Shown here in pieces: positions 1-10,494 of a stretch of DNA of 20,000 nt. Position numbers and translations under genes: made by a program. The notes beneath the pieces were generated by a model. It saw only the letters and a list, made by a program, of their open reading frames with translations, was not told the origin of the DNA and ran no database searches. The stretch spans positions 171,270 to 191,269 of the forward strand of contig JBEWZL010000221.1 in NCBI GenBank assembly GCA_045837725.1, read 5' to 3'. This DNA is from Vermamoeba vermiformis. Lineage: Eukaryota. Numbering within the stretch: the first letter of the stretch is position 1; every line of letters starts with the position of its first letter.

Positions 1-147
1 AAATATTTGTATCTGAAAGGCCACCAGTTAAGCGCTTCAAAAATGTCGGAAGTCATCTCAATGCCGTCATTAAAGAGAATACACTTAAATGGTACCTTAG
101 TAAAGGAATGACGAGTTTAAAAATAAATTATACGATTTGGTCGGCGT

Positions 148-163
148 TGACACGTGTCATTGG
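148..163. promoter_or_regulatory. Palindromic G-box/E-box-like element TGACACGTGTCA with an adjacent reverse CCAAT box (ATTGG), upstream of the LRR kinase
   Basis: A perfect 12-bp palindrome with a CACGTG core lies at 148-159, ~130 bp before the ATG, with ATTGG at 159-163. Function is inferred only. Confidence 0.35.
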
Positions 164-291
164 CCTCGAGTTTTTTTGCTTGCATTTTACGAAGCACAAA
201 ATACGAACAACAATGCTCAGGCATTGAAATATTATTTATTTATTTGTAATTTCTTCAATCCAAGGCAGAGAGGCTTTAAAGAGAAGAAAAA

Positions 292-3200
292 ATGTGGCTG
301 ATCAGATCTCTGCTTTTGATAGTCGTTTTATACGGCGTAATTACTCCTTCCACAACGTTGGAGAGCCAAGAATATTCTTTTTTTCAGGATTTTTTCCTCT
401 TAAATCCGCCAGCGTGGACACGCTATTTAACACCAGGATGGGACTCAACCCAAATCGTATCAGCTTGCGATTGGGCAGGTGTAATATGCAACAGCAATCA
501 AACTAACGTTATACGATTGTAAGTTTAAAGATCAATATTGAAGCAAAAAGTTACAAGACAGATCATGACATCTGATTTCAATAGAATTTAAGATTTAACG
601 AAATTATAATTTTATATATCGTTTATTTATTTACTGCAATCGAATGCTCCTTATATTTTAATTAATTAATGAGATACTCTTTGAATTCGAATTTTCTCGC
701 GAAAGAGACGGCTAGCACAAACGTCGTCCATTTTACCTTTTAGGGCTTTTATTTGACTATCAATCATGTACTGAATTAAGGAATCACGACATAACGAATC
801 AATTTTATTACTAGGGTTTTGGACGGAATCCGATCGCTAACGACCTCGAATATAACATTGCCGCCGTCAATTAACAAATTGACGCAGCTACAAGAGCTGT
901 AAGTATTGCATAATGAAAAGATTAGAACATGAACCTCATTGTGCACGTGCAAATCCGCTGTCGTTTGGCGTATTTTAGTTGTGATTCACGCGGCATTATT
1001 AGAACAAATATACTCTAGCACTTATTGATTAATATGACTCAGATCTCTTGGCCAAATTCCGCTGGGACGTTTGCCGGATGCAGTTACACAACTTTCGAAC
1101 TTGCAAATTCTGTAAGATCAACGTTTTTTAGAACCATATTATTTTTAATAATACTAATTCTCATTAAGGAACTTGGATCGGACGAATATTCCCTCTTTGC
1201 CAGACAATATTGGCGCGTTAAAAAATTTAACTCGAATGTAAGTGCTCCTAAATTACTATTTATTGAGTAATAATTGCTAATTTAATATTGCAGTGATTTA
1301 CCAGCTATATCAAGTTTACCACTATCATTTAGAGATTTAACGTCACTTACGCAACTGTACGTCAATTTTTTAGATCTGAAAAGCAGCTTAATTTACATTA
1401 TTAATTATAGAAATGCTAGAACGTTTAATTTTCGAGCGATGCCTACTATTTTATGCGAGCTAAAATCGCTTCAAATAATTCGTATTGTCGGTGGAATACT
1501 TAGCGAAGCTTTCCCGCCCTGCTTTGGACAATTAACGGACTTGATTGAACTGTAAGTAAAACGCTATTAAATAAGGCATATAAGCTAATCCGTATCATTT
1601 TGCAGCAACATTCAATCGTCAAACTTGAACCACTTTCCTCTTTTTTCAACCTGGCAAAAACTAGAGATTTTGTAAGTCTCAAGAGAAAAGCTTATGACCT
1701 AATAATTAATCGGTCATATTATTTAGGACGATTGGATACGCTAATTTGCAAGGCACAATTCCGGAAATAATTGGATCGCTGACCAACCTTCGTGAACTGT
1801 ACGACAAGTCAACATTACTTTCCACGACCATCAACTAATATTAATCTATTTGCAGTACGCTTCGCAGCAACATGCTTACGGGAACATTGCCCAGATCGAT
1901 CGGCAATCTGCAAAATTTGGTCTCTTTGTTCGTGGATGTCAACAGGTTAACAGGGACGATTCCAAGTACCATTGGTAACTTGACCAATCTAAGTACGCTG
2001 TAAGTATACTACTTGAAGCCTATACGACGAGCATATATTTATTGACCTAATTATAGCATGCTATTGTCCAATCAGTTCACCGGAACATTGCCTCGTGAAA
2101 TTGGCAATTTGATTCATTTGCAGCACTTGTAAGTTTATTTTATTTTCATGAAATATCTATTATTAACATTGTAAAAGGGATATAAGCACTAATAGGCTTA
2201 CGGGATCACTCCCTGAAGAGCTCGGACTTTTGACCAACCTGACAGCTTTGTAAGCGGATCTGACACGTCTTCACTTCAACCTATACTAATATATGAGTAT
2301 TATAGCGCATTCACCGATAACTTGTTCAGCGGATCTATTCCTGCATCAATTGTCAATACCTCCTTGCGTTCAATGTAAGATTGGATCTGCAGATCCGTTT
2401 GTCACATTGCCGTTGATTCTAATGTATTATTCATAGTAACGGAGGCAATAACCAGCTGAGCGGGCAAATTCCAGACGATATTGGAAAATTACCTTTAAGA
2501 ACAGTGTACGCATCCGCAGATCAAATCCGTTATTTTTTTTCGTAACTTATCATCATTTTGCTTAGATTGCTGTCTAATAATCAGCTCTCTGGAACACTGC
2601 CGCCAAGTTTTGAGAATTGTACCATGATGAGAGATTTCAACGTCGCTTTTAACTTAATTTCTGGCCCTGTGTTCGACTTCACCAAGTTTACCCAATCAGT
2701 CTCCTTGTACGTACTCGAAAATAATTCTTTTCTTATTAATTAATTAATTTTAGGTCCTTTCAATTCAATTTGCTGAACGGAACATTGCCTAGCGAAGGTT
2801 ACGAACAATTAATTAGACTGGAAACAATTTCATTTCAGAATAATGACATTCGCGGAACAATTCCGTCGTCTTTAGGTGCGATTAATGCTCGAACAATGTA
2901 AGCACAAATAGCACAAATTATAACTAAAGTCACTGAACTGACACCTTTTTTAGTAACTTGTCGAGTAACTGGCTGATCGGAACTATTCCGCCAATTCTTC
3001 TCGTAAACAACACGCGCGTTACGTTTATGTAAGTCTATTTGTTAAAATTATCGTATTTTCGCTAATTTTTTTGTTACAGCGATCTTTCTGACAACTTAAT
3101 CTCGGGCACTATTCCTCCCATCGATCTTGATAACATCCAAACACTGTAAGAACGGCATTAATATTCTTTTGGATTTGCATCCCTAATATTAACTGTTAAT

Positions 3201-6200
3201 ATAGATTCTTTGAGGACAACATACTTAGTGGTCCTACACCTCCAACGAATCATTTGAATAATTTGCAGTTTTTGGATTTCAGTCACAATCATCTGTCGGG
3301 AACTTTGCCGGCTTTTTCATCGAGATTGATATATTTGTAAGTACTATAACTATATTTATATATACTTCATACATCAAGCTCATTAGTTTAATAGGGCACT
3401 TAACTTTAACATGTTAGAAGGCACTATTCCACCTGAAATTTTCAACATCAACGGCCTCGGATTGCTGTAAGTATTGCCATTTATGGTAATAGCCGGCACT
3501 GACTAACACGTGTGCCTTAATAGGGACTTGTCGTATAACTTCTTGAACGGCACCATTCCACGACTTCCAACCAGTCAAACCAGTTTGCGACACATGTAAC
3601 ACCTAACTTGATTTTATTTTGTTTTGTACGCGGTGCTAATTTCTATTGGCCTAGTGACTTGTCAAACAACAGACTGACCGGAGAACTTCCGCAAAGTTTA
3701 GTTACGATGGTTTCTATTCAGAACATGTACGTCAATTTCAACTATCATTTGATATTATTATGCAGTTACTCGATTGATCATTTGATACTCAAATGAGTTG
3801 TTTAAAAATACGGAGCGAGATCTAATGATTTTTTTTAGCATTTTGTCCAATAATTTGCTGTCTGGAAACTTCCCGTTCACTGGCACTCTGTTCAACATTA
3901 ACATTCTGTAAGTATCGTATTGTTTAATATGGAGCCTTATACTAACATTGAATGCAGTCGAATTGATCGAAATTTCTTGACGGGAAATTTCCCACGACAC
4001 TTTTTGGCAGCGGTTAACTTGGAGATTCTGTAAGTACACGTTAAATGGCCTATTTAATACATTTATAATATCTTTGCAGAGATTTATCGGACAACGAGCT
4101 GACTGGAGTTATTCCGTCGACCGCTGATCGGCCACGTAGATTGAAGGAATTATCGCTCGCCAGAAACAAATTAACGGGCGCAATTCCGCCGACTTTGTCC
4201 AATATTGCAGGTTTGGAACGATTGTAAGCTTACCATTGGTTATAATAATTCAGGCTTGTTAGAGGTTCTAACAATGTTTTAGGGATTTGTCGGGCAATCT
4301 GTTCATCGGAGGTATTCCGCCACAATTAGGAACTTTGCGACGATTACGAGCAATTGATTTCTCGAAAAATGATTTGATCGGAACCATTCCTGACACAATC
4401 GAAGACTTGACACAATTGGAGGTTTTGTAAGTGTTACGCTAACGGCCTAGTCACGTGCTTAACTGTGTTTCATGAACAGGGATCTTTCAGACAATCACAT
4501 CGAAGGCACGATTCCCGAATTCATCGGCAACTTGTTCCAACTTCAAGTGCTCAATCTTGGAGGCAACAACTTGGTTGGCTCTATCCCGAACTCGATTTTC
4601 AATTTGCGAGCCCTGGTCGAGCTGTAAGTATCGCGAATGACACGTCAAAAAAATGTCACATAACTAACTGACACCTTGTCTAGTGACTTAGGCGATAATC
4701 ATCTTCAAGGCACGGTTCCCAGAACTTTATTTACTTTACAGCGTGCTAAGGGACTGTAAGTACTAATCTTTTTTTTTGAAAGTCTGACCCGTGTCTCACG
4801 TACTTTTCTCAGCGATCTCTCGGACAACAATTTTGTAGGAACCTTGCCTTCAACATTGTCTCAGATGCGCACTCTCGAGTACTTGTAAGCCCTTAATAAC
4901 CACCCCATTAACTTTTTTTCTAACGTGTTTGCAGTAACATTGCCAACAATGCCTTCACTGGTCAAGTGCCGCCATTGCACAGCTTGGCTAACCTTAAAGA
5001 GATGTACGTTACATTAATCAAGTGACTAGCCAGTATATTAATGGTCCTTATAATAAGCTATGTGCAATCGAACAAGTTCAGTGGCTGCATCCGGTTGCCG
5101 CCGCAGTTCTCGGATCTGGATTCGAACAGCACGTGTGTTCTCGACAACAACAACTTTTGTTGCGCTGATTCAGCGTACAATTGTCGATTTACTGATGGTA
5201 CGTACGAATGAATACAGCTTTTTCTGGCACTTTCTAATGGTTCTGCAATAGGCCGATGCGACATCAATTCAGTTCTCAGAATTTCCTCAGGAAATCGAGT
5301 GAACATCAACGACGCTGATAGTTTCACAAGTAAGTCTCGAGTACAATGAGTATATACGGCAGTTTCTAATATTATCGTTTTAGAGCTCGTTGTGGAACGA
5401 GGTGGAACCTTGGTCATAACGCCATCAGCCAGCATGTCGCTAGATTGTTTGGAGCTGCAAGGCACAATTGACATTGAAGTGAATGAAGAGTACGAGGACA
5501 AGCAGTTTGAAATGGACTTGTTCGTCTATACCTGTGGATCCACGCAGAACGCGACTTTCCGCACCAGCAAAGGTTGTCGCATTTCACAGAACCGAACGAT
5601 CAGTCAAATTTCAGGCAATTTCAGATACGAACTGCAGCTGGATTGTTCGCTGAATTATATCTCGCAAGGTACACTCAAGTTTTCAATTTTTTCATGTTTT
5701 CGACATCTGGATCCCGCGGGACTTAACTTATGTCTATTTTTAGGCACTATCATTGCTATTATTGTAGCGTCATGTATCGCAGGAGCACTCGCGATTATTG
5801 TTGGTGCGGTGACGTACAGATACTTCAGAGGCAAGCGCCGTGTGAAGCAACTACTCAACAGAGTCGAGTTGTTGACTTTGACAACAAAAACGTCTGATTA
5901 TTCCACTCTACCGCAATGGCACGCTCCCGAACATTACGCTTTGAAACCAATTGAAGATATGCCTATTTACGTTGGTGGAACGAGGTTTGATTTTGGCGCC
6001 AAAGGCAACTTGCTCAGAATCGAGACCCAGTACAAAGATGTAATGAAAGTGCAAATCAAAACAAAACAAGCACGAAGAGGCGGTCGCGGCCCTGGTCTAA
6101 TCGAACGATTGCTCGACAAAAATATTACGGTGAAACTGCATCCCGTACAATCGGAGAAGTACCAGCTCGCGATAGATCCGCCCGAAATTCAAGTCAACGA

Positions 6201-7299
6201 AAAAGACACGGTAGACGTCACTTTATTACTGCAAATGAAGATGACTACGAAGACCAACGTGTCTTTATGGGTTGAAATCCCTGAGCTGAAGGAGTTCTCG
6301 TTGCTCGAGTTTACCGCCGCAAGTGAACCGTCACCTTGGGTCGACATTGACGAAGTTGATGGCATTACTGAATCACTCGGAGAAGGTGGTTTTGGCACAG
6401 TCTACAAGGCTCGATATAGAGGTCAAACTGTCGCCTATAAGAAGTTGAAGGTAAATCTCGCGGCATGCTTCAAAGTGATCACTCCTAACGCTCGATTTTT
6501 TTTTCACAGTTCCAAGAATTGAACGTGCAACAGTTCGAAGAGTTCAATCGTGAAGTCGCTATGATGATGAACTTGCATCATAAGAGCATTGTTCAGTTCA
6601 TTGGTGCGTCAAAAGTGCCAGGCAAACTTGCCATCTTGACCGAGTTCATTCCTGGCGGTAACTTGCAAACGCTGTTGAACACGAAAACTTTGGATATTAC
6701 GCTCAAGCTTAAGATTGCATTGGACATTGCCGAGGCATTACAGTTCTTGCACACGAATAATATTCTTCATCGCGACATCAAAGCGGAAAATATCTTGGTC
6801 GTGACCACGAACAGAGACGCCGCGATCAACGTCAAGTTAACGGACTTTGGCACAGCAAGATCAGTGTCTGAACAAGTCACTATGAAGTTCACTAAGGGCA
6901 TCGGCACTCCGACTTACATGGCTCCCGGTACGAACACTTTTTTTGACACGTGTCAAACAGTCACTTTTGGTTGCTGAAACTAACTTCGTATGTATAGAAA
7001 TCTTGGATAATAAGACATATGAAAAAGCAGCCGACGTCTACAGTTTTGGCATTCTATTATGGGTGCTAATAACGCAAGAGCAGCCCTACTCGTTCGTCCA
7101 ACAAGCATGGGAAGTCGCGAGTTACGTAATCTCCGGAAAGAGATTGCCTATTCCGTCAGACACACCAGTATCGGTTGCAGAGCTGATTAGAAAGTGTTGG
7201 GCTCAATTACCAGCCGACAGACCGACGTTTGATGATGTAGTGAAAGAGCTTTCGGTCATAGTAGAGATTTCAATGACGAAACTAATTAGCTTTTTCTAA
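292..7299 (+). CDS. LRR receptor-like kinase (signal peptide, N-cap, ~37 LRRs, Cys-rich/beta juxtamembrane region, single TM, cytoplasmic Ig-like linker, TKL-type kinase); 35 exons, ~1568 aa
   Basis: Manually spliced GT-AG exons: 292-518, 815-898, 1043-1111, 1169-1237, 1294-1356, 1411-1551, 1606-1671, 1727-1798, 1856-1999, 2057-2128, 2178-2249, 2306-2374, 2437-2505, 2566-2706, 2754-2897, 2954-3028, 3080-3145, 3205-3336, 3395-3466, 3524-3595, 3655-3726, 3839-3907, 3958-4029, 4080-4223, 4283-4426, 4480-4623, 4684-4755, 4813-4884, 4935-5003, 5058-5197, 5252-5329, 5384-5668, 5744-6450, 6510-6927, 6998-7299. They total 4707 nt in one open frame. Motifs: hydrophobic N-terminus MWLIRSLLLIVVLYG; N-cap CDWAGVIC; repeats such as LDLSDNHIEGTIPEFIGNLFQLQVL; TM TIIAIIVASCIAGALAIIVGAVTY followed by RGKRR; kinase motifs GEGGFG, VAYKK, HRDIKAEN, DFG, GTPTYMAPE, DVYSFG. 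Confidence 0.95.
815..5100 (+). repeat. Array of LRR-coding exon cassettes (one or two LRRs per exon)
   Basis: There are 28 internal exons: 20 single-repeat exons of 63-84 nt (mostly 69 or 72) and 8 double-repeat exons of 132-144 nt. All lengths are multiples of 3 and all exons are flanked by phase-2 introns at the same LRR position. Confidence 0.93.
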
Positions 7300-7468
7300 T
7301 AGTTGTACAATATAACGAAGTGATTGAAGTCATGGAGTTGTTTATTAAATAACAAATACCACATGATTTTATTCTTTCCGTTGTAAAAATATTTATTTAT
7401 TTATTATTTTATTTGTACAACGATATTATCATTTCGTGATAACCATAACCATATCTGATAGGGTAGTT

Positions 7469-10127
7469 CTATATGTCCTCATCATCATCAAGGGAATCGT
7501 TTTCTTCACCTTCTTTAATGGGTATGGGTGCCAAACTCGTCAGTTGTTTCATCGATGGCATAGACCAATCGTTCTTGAAGAAATCAAGCATCAACAAGAA
7601 TCCTGGGCCCGTTTGGCTGTCTTCGCTGGCAGGAATAGCGACGAAGCTGATTGGTGGAACAAGTAATTTTGGTGTAGGAATGTCTTCGAGCTCTACCCTA
7701 GCGGTCTCAAAGTCATTGAACGCGGCTAAAAAGGAAGTTAAACGTACGTTAGGTTTTTCAGAGATTAAGTCAAAAATATTATTAATAATTATAATTATTA
7801 TTTTTAATACTTACAAGCAAAGTTGCAGAAAAGTGGCTCGTTGCCAAAGCCAATCATAATTTTGTCGTTTTCAATTAATATCTTCTCCTTATCGATTTGA
7901 TATTCTTGATTGAACAAAACTAACGTAGAGGATTTCACTTCGAACAGGCCTTCTTCCAAAAGTTCCTGCCAATTAGTATCGTCTTTTTCATAGCCTGCCA
8001 TATATCGTTTCTTAATAGCTTTGAAATCGATCGGGCCCAATATTGAATTCGCAGAAATGTTTTGTAATTTCCTGACTTTTCTCCATAAATTTGATAAAAT
8101 GAAGGCTGAGGTCTGAGTGGCCGGATTTTTCGGATCCGAAATAACCTTTGAAATGCATTGCAATCCAAACGCTGTGAAAATGTTCGAGTTCGATGGTGTA
8201 CCTTTGTCACGTGATCGACCATTAAAATAATCCAAAACAGCAATGATCGCTATTTCCTTCAGATAGTCGTGTGGTGTACTTCCATTCACTGAACCAGGTT
8301 CATGAACGTAAGGGAACCAATAGTCGCATCCATTCGTTGCAAACACAAAGTTGCCTCGCCATCGTTTTTGCAGGACTAAAGGCGGCGCGGAAGTGTCATC
8401 TGTCAAGCCCCAGTGCAAATTGTTGACACGTTCGTAGAGCTCGTGAGCGTAGCGTGAGAGTGCAGGTTGAAAAGTGCTTTGAAGTGTCATGTAGACTGCT
8501 GAGTTGAACAGTTTGCCGACTTCAGGCGTGTGGTTCAATTTCCAGTATTTAAAAATGAGCTCGGTGCGTAAAAACACTTTGTTTGTCTTCACGAACGGAT
8601 TGCCTTCGTGCAAATACTGCTGATCGAAAATGACGCAATCGAATTGTTTCACTTTAGTCAGCTCAAACGCGCTGTTTTTCTCGGAATTTTCGTCGCTATT
8701 ATCCCACACCTTCATAACAGGACTGCCAGATCCGCTACTGAGATAAATAATCATCGTGAATTTTGACACTTGCCCTTTAGCAGGATCATAGTAAGGAGTG
8801 TCCATATGGGCTTCAAACTTTGCATCGCCCGGGGCAAATCTGTTGCAGCGAAACACATGATTCACCGCCGTAAACCTCTTGCAATCCAGGTCGGCTGAAT
8901 CTTTTTCCATAGCTTCAAATGCCTCGGTCAACGCGCTGCTTAACTTCTCAGAAGAGAAAATGAAGCGCTCGCCACCTCTCGTGCTCGAATTTGACGGTTT
9001 TTGATAAAGTCCCAACTGATCCAATTGTAGGAGCAGATCCAGACTCGACCCACCAATAGTCGTTTTGTAAATATGCATCGTCTCGGATAAATTTTCAAGA
9101 GGAGACATTGTAAATGCCATGCTTTGTTTGTCGCCAAGATGTAACGCTCGATCCAGCGGCAAAATGCACTCAAAGTTGTGATAGGACAAGTCGCGACCAT
9201 CGACCCATACTGCATATAGTGGGCTGTTTGCGTCGTTATTTTTGTTGTCATCACTTTGTTTTTCGCTCACTTCATCGTCTTCGTCTTTGGTCGCTTTCTT
9301 GTGTCGGTTTGAGGGTAACTTTGGGATGCTTTTTGGAGCCAGCTGTGCGACAGATTGAAGCAGCGATTGATCGATGTCAGAGAGCTCTTCGAGGTCTTTG
9401 ATATATTTGAGAATTCGTCTGTTCTTCGAGGGGCAGAAAGAGAACGGCAGTGATTGAAACTCCGCGGAGGGCACAAATTCGTCATCCAAAATGTCCAGTA
9501 ATTTGTTCAAAACTTGCTTCTCGCTTTGATCTAACCAGCCACGCGAGTCAGCCAACCATAAATCGCGCACTCCAACGCAAAAATAGAGTGCTTCTTGTTC
9601 GTTCAGAGAAGTCAGTATTGAGGGATCCCTACAAACTTGTTGCATGAATGCCAGAGACCTTTTCGAGGCTAATTGGTGAGTACTTTTGTCGATTATAAGC
9701 GGCCATAGCTTTCCAGTGATAATAGCTCCTGAAACAAGATTTTGCATCAAAAGTTGATCTTCGATCTCTGCAGGCTCGAGAGCGTTGTTGAGCTTTTCAT
9801 CGCATAATATCAACACTTTATCTTTTTTGTTCACTTTGAGCGTTTGAACCTTGCAATACCTTGCGATTTGCGAACTGTAATAAATAAAATTATTCAATTA
9901 TTAGATCGAGGTTAGATCTGATCAAAAATTCAAATCTGCTTACGAATCATTAACACGTTCATGTTTGTTTTTTATAGATTCCTCTTTTTCCGTTTTCCTG
10001 GAGCTGATAATAATTTTAGATCTTGAATCATTAATACCAGCGATTGCTTCTAAGTTACGTACCTAATTTTTGCTTTCTTATTCGGAGCAAGATCTTCTTT
10101 ATTGCTCAATTTTCTTTTGCGTTGCAT
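7469..10127 (-). CDS. Uncharacterised 2-oxoglutarate/Fe(II)-dependent oxygenase-domain protein, 4 exons, ~813 aa
   Basis: Exons 10127-10063, 10003-9944, 9874-7815 and 7725-7469 total 2442 nt, in frame, with GT-AG junctions. The facial triad is H-x-D (FEAHMDTPYYD) plus a distal His (QYLHEG), followed by KVFLRTE in the expected 2OG-binding position. The N-terminus MQRKRKLSNKEDLAPNKKAK resembles a bipartite NLS, and the C-terminal tail is acidic. Confidence 0.8.
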
Positions 10128-10494
10128 AGTGGCTAAACTCGAGAGAATAATGCGGAAAAAAAATTCAATCAAAGAATTAAATAGCCAGGGACCTTCAACT
10201 TTTCCTGGAATTTATTACGTAAATTGTGCCATGTTTTCTGGCCCGTAGAAGCAGAAATAATGTTTTATAATTGATCTTGGTCCACAAACAGGGGAAGCTC
10301 ATCTTCATTCGTAGGTAAGCGACCTCGAAGTTACCTTCAAATTGTTGTTTATGATACATAGAGTAGTATAGTAAAAGTAGTATGACCGTTGCGTAACAAT
10401 ACCTTACGAGGCCGCAAAAAAGGTTTAAATCCGTTTCTCCGTTTGTCCGTGTTCGAAAATAAATATCCGAGCAGGCAATTGTGAAACAATAATT

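Noticed and set aside
519-814. Long first intron possibly hiding an extra or alternative LRR exon
   Set aside because: The candidate acceptors I checked (~583, ~763) run into stops within a few codons, and no LRR pattern is visible.
3778-3796. Hairpin TCATTTGA-TAC-TCAAATGA in intron 21 (and TATGACC/GGTCATA in intron 7) as MITE or introner ends
   Set aside because: The stems are only 7-8 bp, are not shared between introns and lack target-site duplications, so they are compatible with chance.
815-5003. Regular ~125-bp periodicity resembling a CRISPR or satellite array
   Set aside because: The period is a ~70-nt LRR exon plus a ~55-nt intron. There is no conserved nucleotide repeat beyond splice signals.
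292-5003. Alternative genetic code or pseudogene as an explanation for the frequent TAA stops
   Set aside because: The stops fall in introns (GTAAG donors). The spliced frames are open under the standard code.
5058-5501. 147-aa minus-strand ORF and other antisense ORFs over the kinase gene
   Set aside because: They are shadows of plus-strand exons, cross introns and contain no recognisable motifs.
7436-7859. Plus-strand ORFs of 76 and 128 aa
   Set aside because: They are antisense to the last exon of the oxygenase gene, which splices in frame on the minus strand.
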